Counted from the first letter of the stretch, positions 10,601-18,566 are shown. The stretch: DNA of 64,000 nt from an uncultured virus (IMG/VR IMGVR_UViG_3300025316_000017) (IMGVR_UViG_3300025316_000017), one strand, 5' to 3'. Notes: generated by a model not told the origin, from the sequence alone. Translations and numbers: made by a program.

Positions 10601-11624
10601 ATACCGTGCCGCTACAGGTTACGGTTTACCGCCCGCAGAGAAGGCTGCCGCACAAAAGCTGTTTAAACAACGTGCATTTATAATGGCAGCAATGTGTTTT
10701 GCTTACGCAATGCTGATGCAAAATGACGATGACTATAAAAAGTTGCCCGACTATGTTAAAGACAACAACTGGCTCATCAAAAATCCTACTGGTGATGGAT
10801 TTATTAAAGTACCGACCCCTTTCGAGGTCGCCTTCCTTTTCAAAACAATCCCCGAAGCGGCAGTACGTTATATGTACGGAACAAGCACGGGGAAAGAGGT
10901 ATTACACAGTTACTGGGAAGGTGCAACAAACAACTTACCCGGTAATGCGCTGCCAATTCCACAATTGTTTAAACCAGCTATTGAAACAGTAACTAATCAT
11001 AGCTTCTACACAGGAAACACAATTGAAAGTTTAGGCGATGCTCGTTTGCCCGTAGAAGACCGTGGGCGTAATGCTAGTGAAATTTCCAAAAAACTCAGCA
11101 AGTCTGGACTCAGCTCCCTTGGTTTATCACCAGCAAAAATTGATAATTTAATTCAAGGTTACATGGCAGAACTTGGCACGTTTACTACAAGCATGGCAGA
11201 CAAAGCCGTATATGCCGCAGAAGGTAAGACTCCACCCGCTACTAATCTTGCAAGAGACCCATTCTTCAAGTCATTCTTAACAGATCCTAATGCAGATAAA
11301 GCGGTAAGTGATTTTTATCAATTAGAGCAAAATGCTAATCAAGTGGCACAAGAATTTACACAACTTAAAGCCCAAGGCAAGGCTGAAGAAATTCAATCAT
11401 TTGTTAAAGATAAAGAAAAAATGCAACAAATTGGAGCTGCGCCAGCCCTACGCAGAATTGGTCAAAGCATGACGGCAATTAAAAAACAAATTAATTTTGT
11501 TCATGAAAATCAATCCATGTCACCCGAACAACGTAGAGATGAAATTAATCGTTTGACTGCTCAGTACAATCGGGTAGCTGAACAAGGTGTGAAACTCGCT
11601 TCTTCACTCGGACTTCCACGTTAG
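4629..11624 (+). CDS. Large polyvalent internal virion/ejection protein (zincin motif, HhH-like domain, LPD38-like C-terminus)
   Basis: 2331 aa, last gene of ejection cluster; HESIH...EESVAEAF; DDDYKKLPDYVKDNNW...IKVPTPFE...N.SFYTG resembles LPD38. Confidence 0.7.
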   Translation: MALYQVEAPDGELLKIEGPEGASEQEVIAQAQKLYTPAQKDTGFTGAAKSSYEKMKGEGALVLGKLGLMDTKEAEDYYNSKKKKSEAMFQPTEKGWDEAPFEKFKELLGSSAPYMVAPLGAAATVAAAPEAIAGAGIGMIGAPAIAGFAANVGQFTGTNLGRQVDEGKSLNDANLATAAAAAVPQSILDIASDHMIPGVKNIFGRAGIKLGDKEAAAVAKQQLANSIPKGKIATAIEYGGKAAQTAAIEGLNEAGQQVFERLQAGLDLTDPQARQEYFDNFIGGAVLGGAISVPGHYYDKNVEQPRQAKLLALQQQAEERKKQEEQQAAEQTQLQETYQNLNVPQTTNLLPAPEAAAPIPEKNMAPAIQQDMLQNYNGMFDQQAIDNVFGKGAFDQINEKREMEHGKPRLKEMSIEDLAHAGAKPEDLSRLLTVQHDYTNVKEKNFAPAQILKMAEKKGIETGTGGFNSFLMRTTGTDNLQDMTYAQRHAVAKALNSVPVNEGAKTILPEGHSNATPWHPADYDDAVKAVQADLAQNKELSQADVMKTIHGSTFLGQGNAPRAEDAKLMLDEMVRRGDVSLNVRPDKSSTPDNPKFLQTVIPAHPMANTPAGMDVRREVLGEGRGRREVFSLYEDGQRMGSFSTKQEAEEHGMSRLHDDILKQTITAAPHQLLPNGEIHPLARRYAEMAKNELNERQGISRDFRGITTSQGLEGANERLAKLGIFNEKVQELAPEIKKDLENRLRKYGLASVAVRMMDSIANGAANAAYHAGLIKMAVDAEDPMGELDHESIHALIDLGAFRPDELRVLENKAKSEWLQKYIKDTGKYDLYKKQYESEGRDMKTFESDMLEESVAEAFKHFNKQQPPAGMVGSLFKRISKFFEAVRNAFTGAGFKTADNIFGGVTRGEFKPTKEAAAETKYSLENKSKVEQAKFYENEIQDLVKKVGNRIAGMKSEETLDDVKKSVEKLQQYTAEGIKGKDWYENSAKAVLDAFNGDPILAEKFFQIIAITSANTEVAANFTKALKAWTQFSEGKPIKVGTKDINKKIDSLLNFGEDWGGRKTNTFYSNLMEAMEGKDTGRSTIDLHMTRMIFDKDAPTDAQYELAENMVRLLASKVGLAPRQVQAASWVTQKAKSTYEYYKQKGWKKNLTDAQLKEFAFEKAIADYSHLIKANVKKLPVTEALREPSEKIKSRTQNITGEVIPSVQTPMGQAEEMAYKYKEKITKQIARSPIVQNIVKSLGINSKVRVTVGSGAYANKVNPNLIVQIVNSNPEHAHQDALDIANAMSYVFKQDATPMFKADERFRDLDQLGFKFKFDAAELTLTQQKKILKIIQDKFGEDAGFTKMRGNELVIINYRGEDGKPSLVPDEDFVKGLAEIADEISKVSKIDSKVNFGAQSEYPKHDWKTEPSGTSIISGIQGRRPERSNIQRKLDNLGKSFTSDLRKIVRESGQEPKFSLKNAPPQRLTTLEKQESAGERLNNTIRDVKDATQNQDFWTGLRNNWVDKGSGLTRTLQNQEVYKDGVLRADLLSRAYAQVINLVKNGLQSGIPIINNDGSIIIKTDAVNNLANSHLIADKLDENAYVKASGLSGRGFVAEVARAMRGKEILEEDARLGLKRELQVTPEQIAWAEQQIKNVPELNQIFSIWKNVNTGLVNLWEQAGLLDKTEADSYRAKKHYVSLAASKADLEEMINSQYSGNAPGLKSTKKIFKLEGSELDRNIWENVDKQYAAMLTAAYQNHIRKTAVDQLRSIGMATTTRINQKGNEVPLYQGDPNINLRYKENGKIVNAIVHNQTDLAAFEAMHYELNPIMKFMAGSTKLLRAGALLNPMFWIRQLIKDPIHANLVANSGIVTPFHSAGEFMRILMKDSAEAKLLAERGVIGQYDSTIDIYDYLNQVGKEKSKPSTLDKALHKMMQVHEASDAATRVAIFKKEKANGLAKGMSEADATNFAVMKARESINFAVHGNSKTLFYARHMVPFLSASITSLDTVYRAATGYGLPPAEKAAAQKLFKQRAFIMAAMCFAYAMLMQNDDDYKKLPDYVKDNNWLIKNPTGDGFIKVPTPFEVAFLFKTIPEAAVRYMYGTSTGKEVLHSYWEGATNNLPGNALPIPQLFKPAIETVTNHSFYTGNTIESLGDARLPVEDRGRNASEISKKLSKSGLSSLGLSPAKIDNLIQGYMAELGTFTTSMADKAVYAAEGKTPPATNLARDPFFKSFLTDPNADKAVSDFYQLEQNANQVAQEFTQLKAQGKAEEIQSFVKDKEKMQQIGAAPALRRIGQSMTAIKKQINFVHENQSMSPEQRRDEINRLTAQYNRVAEQGVKLASSLGLPR

Positions 11625-11920
11625 AGCTGTTGAAGTTCATCATCCCCTTGTAAGCGGAATATGTCGTTGCATATCTGCAAAAGGGAGTCTTCAGATATTC
11701 CGTGTGTCCTTTCAAATCCTTTACGTCCAAGCCCGTGAATACCGGTATTTCCACGGTGGTGTTCGGGACAGAGGGGGATAACAGGCGCAGTGTCTCGCTT
11801 ACCACCTCTTCGTATATGGTGTATTTCCGCTGGCGACCCTTCGTAGCCTTTGTGCCAGCACAATATACATCCCAAGTTGGCGAGAGATGAGAATAGTTTT
11901 TTTTGCGCTTTGGTTGACAT
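11621..11920 (-). CDS. Ref-like (RecA-dependent) HNH-family nuclease
   Basis: GCILC...EIHHIR...PLCPEHHRG..GIH pattern. Confidence 0.7.
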   Translation of the reverse strand: MSTKAQKKLFSSLANLGCILCWHKGYEGSPAEIHHIRRGGKRDTAPVIPLCPEHHRGNTGIHGLGRKGFERTHGISEDSLLQICNDIFRLQGDDELQQL

Positions 11921-11921
11921 T

Positions 11922-12068
11922 TCATTTTACTTTTTGGTAAACCGCAGCAGTTACCCGTAGAACATATTCAAGGTCGTTTAAACTTATTTGACCCATAAGC
12001 TGCAAAATTTTCATTACAGCTACATCATTATCTAATGTGGTTGGTTTGACTAACGCTTCTCCGATCAT
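11922..12068 (-). CDS. Small hypothetical protein (48 aa, not in ORF track)
   Basis: Manual translation MIGEALVKPTTLDND...YQKVK*; ATGA overlap and GGAG upstream. Confidence 0.6.
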   Translation of the reverse strand: MIGEALVKPTTLDNDVAVMKILQLMGQISLNDLEYVLRVTAAVYQKVK

Positions 12069-12298
12069 TTGTCATGCTCCTCTTTTAGTTTGCGAATTGT
12101 TTCTACTTCAATTAATTTTTCTGCGTAATGAATTACTTTTTTTAGATCTTCTATCCCGCCTTTTCTGCGCCAGCGAGTAGTGTACTTAATAATGTTTCCT
12201 TCTAAATAGCCAAGTCCATTAGCAACAATGTAGTCCCAAGGTTGAATGGAATTATCAGCGTAGTGACTGCCAGCCACTTGATATTCATTTGCTTTCAT
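12065..12298 (-). CDS. DUF3310 (SaV-like / T7 gp1.7-like) protein
   Basis: QVAGSHY...IQPWDYI...GNIIKY..RW..KGGIEDLKK. Confidence 0.8.
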   Translation of the reverse strand: MKANEYQVAGSHYADNSIQPWDYIVANGLGYLEGNIIKYTTRWRRKGGIEDLKKVIHYAEKLIEVETIRKLKEEHDK

Positions 12299-12510
12299 TT
12301 AAATAAAACTCCCAATCCAATTGTGTACATTACAACAGCTACAATTTCCACTGAAAATAAAGCATAATCTTTTTGTTTAAAACCAGCAAAAGCCCACATA
12401 CAACTACCAACAAACCCACAATAAATGTTGTAAGGATAAAGATTAAAATTTGTTACAGCAGTACCAATTAAGCAAATAATTGTTCCTGACCATTTGACGA
12501 TTTCCAACAC
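12295..12510 (-). CDS. Small membrane protein
   Basis: Three hydrophobic segments; overlaps neighbours in operon fashion. Confidence 0.55.
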   Translation of the reverse strand: MLEIVKWSGTIICLIGTAVTNFNLYPYNIYCGFVGSCMWAFAGFKQKDYALFSVEIVAVVMYTIGLGVLFK

Positions 12511-12698
12511 CCTTCTTCCCCTTTGTTACCAAGCGTCCATTGATCCCATATATCTTTAATCAACTTCTCCCGCCTTGTGGCTGGTAGCTTGGGGTGATTC
12601 AACATTTTTCGCAAACCTTCTTTACCCTTTTGCGAACGTTCTCGTAAATATACCCTGACTTCGCATTGATGTCTATACTCTTGTGTATCGTTCGTCAT
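12468..12698 (-). CDS. Hypothetical phage protein
   Basis: EYRHQCEVR...QWTLGNKGEEG; operon context. Confidence 0.55.
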   Translation of the reverse strand: MTNDTQEYRHQCEVRVYLRERSQKGKEGLRKMLNHPKLPATRREKLIKDIWDQWTLGNKGEEGCWKSSNGQEQLFA

Positions 12699-12756
12699 TT
12701 ACTTTTTATTAAAATAGTGTATAAAGGGGTTCGTGTTCAAAAACCGTAAGGAAATC

Positions 12757-13716
12757 ATGACTTTACTTGTATCCGATGACGATTTTATAAAGACGTGGAA
12801 TGAATTAAAAAGTCCAGTAAAGATAGCAGAAAAACTACAATTGAGCCTAAGACCTTTGATGGCACGTAGGCGCAGACTTGAGCAATTGTATGGTATAGAA
12901 CTTAAATCAGAAAAAGATTTTGTGCCAGCTATTAGGATGATTGAGCAAACCCCAGTTAATGTACGCAGAGGGGTAGACATTGAAAAGGGCTGTGTCATTG
13001 TATTTTCTGATGCGCATTTTATGCCCGATGAAATTACACCAGCTTATAAATTTTTATTGCAATGTATTAAAGAAATGAAACCTTCCGTGGTGGTATGTAA
13101 CGGAGATGCTTTTGACGGCGGTTCGATCAGTCGATTCCCAAGAATTGGATGGGATAAGAAACCCACCGTTAAAGAGGAAATGGATGCTTGCAAAGAAATG
13201 CTGGAAGGCATCGAAAAAGCCTCCAGAGGCGCTCAATTAATATGGACAATGGGTAACCACGATGCTCGCTTTGAAACGCACCTAGCGGCTCATGCGAGCC
13301 AATACGAAGGTGTACAGGGTTTTCACCTAAAGGATCATTTTCCATTATGGAAACCTTGTTGGTCGTTTTGGATAGGCAACCATACGATTATTAAACATCG
13401 TTATAAAGGTGGTAGAAACGCTGGATATGCGAACCTTTTAGCCGCTGGTAATACAAATATCATCACAGGGCATACGCACGTTCTCGCTGTGCAACCAATA
13501 AGTAATTACCAAGGCACGTTTTATGGGGTTCAGACTGGCTGTTTAGCCAACCCAAATGGAGCGCAATTCGCTGATTATACTGAAGATTCTCCAAAAGATT
13601 GGCGCTCAGGGTTTGCGGTTCTTAACTTTGATAAAGGTCGTCTTTTGCAACCCGAACTTGCTGTTGTTACCAGTGAAACCGAGGTAGAATTCAGGGGTCA
13701 AATCCACTACGTTTAA
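12757..13716 (+). CDS. Calcineurin-like metallophosphoesterase
   Basis: SDAH, NGDAFD, GNHD, GHTH motifs; AAGGA SD before ATG 12757. Confidence 0.85.
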   Translation: MTLLVSDDDFIKTWNELKSPVKIAEKLQLSLRPLMARRRRLEQLYGIELKSEKDFVPAIRMIEQTPVNVRRGVDIEKGCVIVFSDAHFMPDEITPAYKFLLQCIKEMKPSVVVCNGDAFDGGSISRFPRIGWDKKPTVKEEMDACKEMLEGIEKASRGAQLIWTMGNHDARFETHLAAHASQYEGVQGFHLKDHFPLWKPCWSFWIGNHTIIKHRYKGGRNAGYANLLAAGNTNIITGHTHVLAVQPISNYQGTFYGVQTGCLANPNGAQFADYTEDSPKDWRSGFAVLNFDKGRLLQPELAVVTSETEVEFRGQIHYV

Positions 13717-13737
13717 ACCGCATGAAGGCATGAACGC

Positions 13738-14085
13738 ATGAAACTTACTCCCGCTATTCTTAAAAATTTGTACTCAGCAATTTATTGTATGAAGCCGTTT
13801 AATCGGTGGAATATGCCATTGCCTGAGCAGATTAACTTTGTTCCCAATGCGGACAAAGATGCGATGGGTACATATATCTATGAAGATGGCGAGGATTTTG
13901 AACACACAATTACTGTTTCAACTGAACTATGTGGGCATTTGTCTACCGTAATAAGAGTCATTTGTCATGAATGTATTCATATGAGCCGATGGGAAAGCGA
14001 CCGCTGGGCAAGCCATGACAAAGAGTTTAAACGTAGAGCTAAGGTTGTATCCCAAGAGTTGGGATTTGACCCTTTAGAACTTTAA
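13738..14085 (+). CDS. SprT-like zincin metalloprotein
   Basis: HECIH...HDKEF motif. Confidence 0.7.
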   Translation: MKLTPAILKNLYSAIYCMKPFNRWNMPLPEQINFVPNADKDAMGTYIYEDGEDFEHTITVSTELCGHLSTVIRVICHECIHMSRWESDRWASHDKEFKRRAKVVSQELGFDPLEL

Positions 14086-14291
14086 CGTGTAATCCAATAG
14101 ATTACAGCAACAGCCATACCACCCAAGAAAGCTGACCAAATCACGTGAGTTAAACAGCGCCCAATCCAATTCATAGCCACGCTAAGGTCATCTTCAAAGC
14201 GAGTGATACCACAAGCGTATTCTGCATCTTTAAACGCTTCGTTTACGCTTCTGTAAGTTTTTCCTAAATCTCTTTGCATATCCCAATTCAT
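14082..14291 (-). CDS. Hypothetical protein with C-terminal TM helix
   Basis: ORF; ATGA overlap. Confidence 0.55.
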   Translation of the reverse strand: MNWDMQRDLGKTYRSVNEAFKDAEYACGITRFEDDLSVAMNWIGRCLTHVIWSAFLGGMAVAVIYWITR

Positions 14292-14491
14292 TGTCGAATT
14301 TTCCTATTGTTAAGTATGTGCATTAGTTCTTGTTCTTCTTCGTATGTTAATGGTTCGGCTGAATCCAGAAGCTCTCCAGAGTCGTTTAAACGCTCTACTT
14401 CCTTAACAAGCTCTTCAAGTTCCGCCTGAGTACCATCAAAAAAATCAAAGCATCCTTCAGCAAAAACTACTTTTGGGTGTTTCTTTGGCAT
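14288..14491 (-). CDS. Hypothetical acidic protein
   Basis: VVFAEGCFDFFDGTQAELEEL; AAGGA SD. Confidence 0.6.
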   Translation of the reverse strand: MPKKHPKVVFAEGCFDFFDGTQAELEELVKEVERLNDSGELLDSAEPLTYEEEQELMHILNNRKIRQ

Positions 14492-14501
14492 ACCAACGTC
14501 C

Positions 14502-14783
14502 TTATTTAATGGCGCTGGCTACCTCCACGATATCCAGCAATAGTTCACGAGCTTCCTGAGCGTTCTCAAACTCATCGGCTTTTTCTAAAACTGTTTGCAG
14601 TATACGCAAATCTCCGATTAATTCTTTGAACTCCTTGGCGGACAGTTTACCCGCTTTATATTTTGATTCCAAGTCCTGAGCCTTAGTTAACAGGTCGTTC
14701 ACGTTCGTGGTTTTTTTACCAAAAATCATATCCCAATTACTTTTGTAGTTTTCTGTTACGGGTTTTTGTTTTTCGTTCATCAA
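14502..14783 (-). CDS. Hypothetical protein
   Basis: ORF with GGAGG SD. Confidence 0.55.
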   Translation of the reverse strand: MMNEKQKPVTENYKSNWDMIFGKKTTNVNDLLTKAQDLESKYKAGKLSAKEFKELIGDLRILQTVLEKADEFENAQEARELLLDIVEVASAIK

Positions 14784-14952
14784 CTGCCTCCAGTTTAACT
14801 TGTGGGTTGTAGTGTTTATTTTTAATTCCTTCTTTCAACATAGCAACAAACCCCCATTGAATTAAAAGTTCCATGCCTTCTTGGTCAAAAGTAATATTAA
14901 AGTCTGCCGAACCATCATGATTTTCTTTGACCATTTTTGCTTTAATATCCAC
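14737..14952 (-). CDS. Hypothetical phage protein
   Basis: VKENHDGSADFNI; GGAG SD. Confidence 0.55.
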   Translation of the reverse strand: MDIKAKMVKENHDGSADFNITFDQEGMELLIQWGFVAMLKEGIKNKHYNPQVKLEAVDERKTKTRNRKLQK

Positions 14953-15118
14953 GCTTCTCCCCCATTAATTTAGCAATCATAGCCATTGATTTTTCAAACA
15001 TTTCATCGGCATATTTTAATTCATCGGCTTGCTTTTTAATCAAATGCACAGCTTCTGAAATATGCACACCTTGATATAGTTCTGCTAAACGATCAGCCAG
15101 TTTATACGGATCTACCAT
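14942..15118 (-). CDS. Small hypothetical protein (58 aa, not in ORF track), distant relative of the MNAxELAD family at 19042/19851
   Basis: Manual translation MVDPYKLADRLAELY...EAVHLIKKQADEL...; AGGAGG SD. Confidence 0.6.
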   Translation of the reverse strand: MVDPYKLADRLAELYQGVHISEAVHLIKKQADELKYADEMFEKSMAMIAKLMGEKRGY

Positions 15119-15127
15119 ACATCCTCC

Positions 15128-16054
15128 TTAAAAATAATTTGCGGTTAATAATTCTTTAAAGTCAGCCATACTCATTTTAGGCAATGGGTTGTATTCTTTG
15201 CCCTTAATTTTGTTTACCCAATGTTGTAGAAACAAAGAATTAAATTCATATGTTTGATTTGCCATGTGATTAGCAAACATTTCAAAGTTTTCTTTTTTTA
15301 CTTCCGACCAATCGTTAACTTTGACCACAGGTAAATTATCATAAAGACTATCAACAAAAGAATTGCGCTTGACAATAGGTATTCCACCCAAGACCAAAGT
15401 TTCATAAGTTCGATGACATTCATATCCTATTCCTTTGGGGCTAACGGTAAACATAAACTCTGCCTGACGTTGCAACATAAATTTTCTAGCTCTTGGCAGA
15501 TTTTCAAAAAAACACGCATCACCATCTATGCTGTTTAAACACTCTTGCCTGTCGCCATGCAAGCTATGCGCCCAGTTGCAGTAATATCCCGCAAGTTTTT
15601 GCGTTGGCGCTTCAAATAAATTTTGCAAAAGCAATCTTTCCTGTGCCATAGGAGATATTTTTCTTAATCCCCATGTGCCTTGCTTTTCCCATACTGTATG
15701 AAAATCCAATCCAATTGGTAAAGCTTGTAGCTTGGGGTGCTCCATCGCCCGATTCTGAACAAACCAATTCATCAAGTGTGGATGATTCAATATCATGTCG
15801 GTTTCACGTTTATACATTGTTACATCGTGATCGCTGTCGCCTGTCACCAAAGTAAAGTAAACAAAAATATGTGATAAAAAATTATCTACAAAGTTTGGCA
15901 AAGCTTCGTAGCATACGTAAATACTATCGCCAGCTTTTAAATCGGTTAACAAATCTGCATCAATGTGACTTGAGCTAGACTGTGGATCTTTATTGTGGTG
16001 ATCGCATGATTTCAAAATGCCACGGCTTGATACAAATTTACATAAACGTTCCAT
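15128..16054 (-). CDS. Putative glycosyltransferase (exostosin/GT47-like)
   Basis: LVTGDSD; C-terminal FTVSPKGIGYECHRTYETLVLGGIPIV. Confidence 0.65.
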   Translation of the reverse strand: MERLCKFVSSRGILKSCDHHNKDPQSSSSHIDADLLTDLKAGDSIYVCYEALPNFVDNFLSHIFVYFTLVTGDSDHDVTMYKRETDMILNHPHLMNWFVQNRAMEHPKLQALPIGLDFHTVWEKQGTWGLRKISPMAQERLLLQNLFEAPTQKLAGYYCNWAHSLHGDRQECLNSIDGDACFFENLPRARKFMLQRQAEFMFTVSPKGIGYECHRTYETLVLGGIPIVKRNSFVDSLYDNLPVVKVNDWSEVKKENFEMFANHMANQTYEFNSLFLQHWVNKIKGKEYNPLPKMSMADFKELLTANYF

Positions 16055-16057
16055 TGT

Positions 16058-16222
16058 TTATCCTTTAAATAAATCTTCTGCTTTTATGCCACGCTGGGCT
16101 AAAGCTTTTTTAATTTTTTGCATGGCAGACTTTTCTAATATCTGTACTGTTCCACGATTGATACCTAATGCTTTGGCTATATCTCTGTGGGTCATTACTG
16201 TTTGTCTTTCATTTGTGTTCAT
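16058..16222 (-). CDS. Sigma-70 region-4-like HTH protein
   Basis: MTHRDIAKALGINRGTVQILEKSAMQKIK. Confidence 0.7.
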   Translation of the reverse strand: MNTNERQTVMTHRDIAKALGINRGTVQILEKSAMQKIKKALAQRGIKAEDLFKG

Positions 16223-16379
16223 ATTTTTTACAAGCCTTTTGGACGTTAATTGGATCTGTGTTTTTAACTTCTGCACAAGCATACACTTTAGGCAACAAAA
16301 GAATCTGAACTATAGTATCAGTCAAATCAAATGCTCCTATGCAAAACAGTGTAATGAATACAATTACAAAAAATTTCAT
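16209..16379 (-). CDS. Small hypothetical membrane/secreted protein (56 aa, not in ORF track)
   Basis: Manual translation MKFFVIVFITLFCIGAF...KYEHK*. Confidence 0.5.
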   Translation of the reverse strand: MKFFVIVFITLFCIGAFDLTDTIVQILLLPKVYACAEVKNTDPINVQKACKKYEHK

Positions 16380-16492
16380 GAATTTCTAATAAATTTTACC
16401 AATTCACCAACCTCTAAAACAAACCAAACCGCCCACCACCACCAGTTGGCATCGCCATAATATAAAAAGAATGCGGTAAGTAATCCAATCAT
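16376..16492 (-). CDS. Small Trp-rich membrane protein (38 aa, not in ORF track)
   Basis: Manual translation MIGLLTAFFLYYGDANWWWWAVWF...; ATGA overlaps both sides. Confidence 0.5.
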   Translation of the reverse strand: MIGLLTAFFLYYGDANWWWWAVWFVLEVGELVKFIRNS

Positions 16493-16683
16493 TTTGTAGT
16501 CCCCCCAAATAATTGCGATTGTAGATTTCTGATAATGTCATTTAAACGCATAATCTCTGAATTCATGGCGTGTATTTGATCTCGCAACAAAGCTACGGTG
16601 TCGTCCATACTGTATATCCATCCAGCAAATGGCACGGGTTCTTTCTCTGCATTTAAACGGTCTTCAGTTGTGAAGCTTGTCAT
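16489..16683 (-). CDS. Hypothetical coiled-coil protein
   Basis: MTSFTTEDR N-terminus; ATGA overlaps. Confidence 0.6.
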   Translation of the reverse strand: MTSFTTEDRLNAEKEPVPFAGWIYSMDDTVALLRDQIHAMNSEIMRLNDIIRNLQSQLFGGTTK

Positions 16684-17102
16684 TTCAATTCCTTTCCATA
16701 TTTGAATAAGTCGTCTTTCTTAACCAAAAATGCCTTTTTGCTACTTACATCACCATCACCAACAAACTCCACATACTTATACTTACCCATAAATATGCAC
16801 CGTATGATCTGCATCGGTTGCATAATCACCCATTTATGATCGTCATAAAATAGCCAATAGTCCGCCGTTGTTGTCATCAAAGCAGATAAAGCACCATTCA
16901 TTTCAATTTCAATTACTACGTTTCCTGTTTCATTGCTCATCGGGTCATACTTCACTTCAACAGATTTATGGCGCTCAGGTAGCCAAATATCGTAGCCTTT
17001 GAATGCATCAATAACCGTGGCGCATGGGTAATATTTTTGTAATATTGCTAACGCTTTGAGTTCCACCTCTTTGCCACGCTCTAAGTCGGCATAAAAATTC
17101 AT
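16680..17102 (-). CDS. PD-(D/E)XK nuclease-like protein
   Basis: YDIWL...VEVKYD...TGNVVIE. Confidence 0.6.
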   Translation of the reverse strand: MNFYADLERGKEVELKALAILQKYYPCATVIDAFKGYDIWLPERHKSVEVKYDPMSNETGNVVIEIEMNGALSALMTTTADYWLFYDDHKWVIMQPMQIIRCIFMGKYKYVEFVGDGDVSSKKAFLVKKDDLFKYGKELK

Positions 17103-17209
17103 TTCTCTTGTGCCTTTCTAGAAAATTCAAAAGCGTGTCCATAGCAATATCGCATAGCCCATAGCCTCCAAAACCTGTTATTGTTACAGCCTTTATGTTT
17201 GCACTTCAT
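17099..17209 (-). CDS. Cassette microprotein (36 aa, Cys/His-containing)
   Basis: MKCKHKGCNNNRFWRLWAMRYCYGHAFEFSRKAQEK*; starts and ends in junction repeats. Confidence 0.6.
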   Translation of the reverse strand: MKCKHKGCNNNRFWRLWAMRYCYGHAFEFSRKAQEK

Positions 17210-17408
17210 TTTTTTGTGCCTTTCTTATTTTTTCCCATACAGCATCTTCAACACGCTTTTCTAATTCATCTAAAAATTGCCGAACGGAAACAGGAGAAAG
17301 CAAATAAACATGAGCAAATATGGCATATGTTTGCGTGGTGTCTAACGCATTTTTAACATCAAGCGGAACGACTAAAGCATATTTTTTAAAAATGTCATCT
17401 ATTATCAT
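17193..17408 (-). CDS. Cassette hypothetical protein
   Basis: Starts at repeat ATG; reads through a 1-nt-shorter repeat copy (RKAQKNEVQT). Confidence 0.6.
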   Translation of the reverse strand: MIIDDIFKKYALVVPLDVKNALDTTQTYAIFAHVYLLSPVSVRQFLDELEKRVEDAVWEKIRKAQKNEVQT

Positions 17409-17770
17409 TTCTCACTTGCCTTTCTTAGTATTGCTCTAGCAAACGGCAAAATAATTTCACGGACATAAGTTAATCCCATTTTTCCAATCACTTCGTTGCT
17501 TTTTTGCCATGTTTGCTCTATTTTCTCATCTGTTAGTTCTTTTACTGGATGAGTATAAAGTGGAATAGGTGGATTCTGAATTGCGTAAGATTTATAGCGA
17601 AATGGTTTGTCGAACTCCAATACTGGGTATCCTAACTTTCCTTGTTTAATCCACGCTACTGGTTCATTGTTCATATCAATGGCTACAATTTGTTTCTCAA
17701 GCTCCGCTATTTTCTTTTCAAGTGATTCAACATAGGTTGCGGAACCATTTCTGTATTTAAAGTTGTTCAT
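17405..17770 (-). CDS. Modular EPVAW-type phage protein
   Basis: NEPVAW...IPLYT...ELTDE...FARAILRKASEK. Confidence 0.65.
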   Translation of the reverse strand: MNNFKYRNGSATYVESLEKKIAELEKQIVAIDMNNEPVAWIKQGKLGYPVLEFDKPFRYKSYAIQNPPIPLYTHPVKELTDEKIEQTWQKSNEVIGKMGLTYVREIILPFARAILRKASEK

Positions 17771-17922
17771 TGTAGTATCCATTTTTTAGTAATTTTGCTG
17801 TAACGACACATAAACTGAAAGTTTTTTACTTTAAAAACAAAACCAAAACTACCTTTATCTGATAGTGGATAGAAATTAAAGCCATATCTGACAGGCTCAC
17901 CTTCTTTGCGGATGTGTATCAT
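17767..17922 (-). CDS. Cassette microprotein (51 aa, not in ORF track)
   Basis: MIHIRKEGEPVRYGFNFYP...KKWILQ*; starts at repeat ATG. Confidence 0.6.
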   Translation of the reverse strand: MIHIRKEGEPVRYGFNFYPLSDKGSFGFVFKVKNFQFMCRYSKITKKWILQ

Positions 17923-18182
17923 TTCTCTTGTGCCTTTCTTAGTATTGCTCTAGCAAACTTAAATACTTCTTCAAGATTTAATTGGTCTTGGTCGTGTAAA
18001 CCCCATGCTTTTCGACATTCGACTTCTATTTCCTCATCTGTTAGTTCCTTAAACCCTGTATAGAGTGGAATAGCTGATTCATATAAACGATATGGCAATT
18101 TATTTCTTTCCACATCAAAATACAAGTCTGTTTTAAGACCATCGTAATCTTTGCCCATCCACGCTACTGGTTCATTTTTCAT
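17919..18182 (-). CDS. Modular EPVAW-type phage protein
   Basis: NEPVAW...IPLYT...ELTDE...FARAILRKAQEK. Confidence 0.65.
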   Translation of the reverse strand: MKNEPVAWMGKDYDGLKTDLYFDVERNKLPYRLYESAIPLYTGFKELTDEEIEVECRKAWGLHDQDQLNLEEVFKFARAILRKAQEK

Positions 18183-18364
18183 TCGCAGTTTTTCCTTAGT
18201 CGTTTAGTTTCGTTTTGATTGTCGGAAAAGTATTTACACACCTTGCCTTCTCTTGGGCTGTCCACAAAGTAAGACTGGTACTCTGGCGTTGCTCTAGCAG
18301 TAAACCGATAACACCTCTCACGCTTCTTACAAGTTTCATCCCGACACATCGTTATATCAGCCAT
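18179..18364 (-). CDS. Small Cys-rich phage protein
   Basis: MADITMC...C.KRE.CYRF...QSYF...C.YF. Confidence 0.65.
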   Translation of the reverse strand: MADITMCRDETCKKRERCYRFTARATPEYQSYFVDSPREGKVCKYFSDNQNETKRLRKNCE

Positions 18365-18566
18365 TGTTTCGTGCCTTTCTTAGTTCAATTGTTTCCTCTG
18401 TAACATATTTAGAAGCAAATTCACCTACGCAATGCCAACAAGCTGGGTAAACTTTATCATCACACCTAATCGACCAATCAGGAACAGCCCCATGTTTTTT
18501 ACAAATGTTCTTTTTTATGGTTATTGGTTCTTTTGGTTTATTAAATAAACGAGTTAAAAGATTCAT
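18357..18566 (-). CDS. Cassette protein with possible Zn finger
   Basis: CKKHG...CWHC; starts at repeat ATG. Confidence 0.6.
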   Translation of the reverse strand: MNLLTRLFNKPKEPITIKKNICKKHGAVPDWSIRCDDKVYPACWHCVGEFASKYVTEETIELRKARNNG

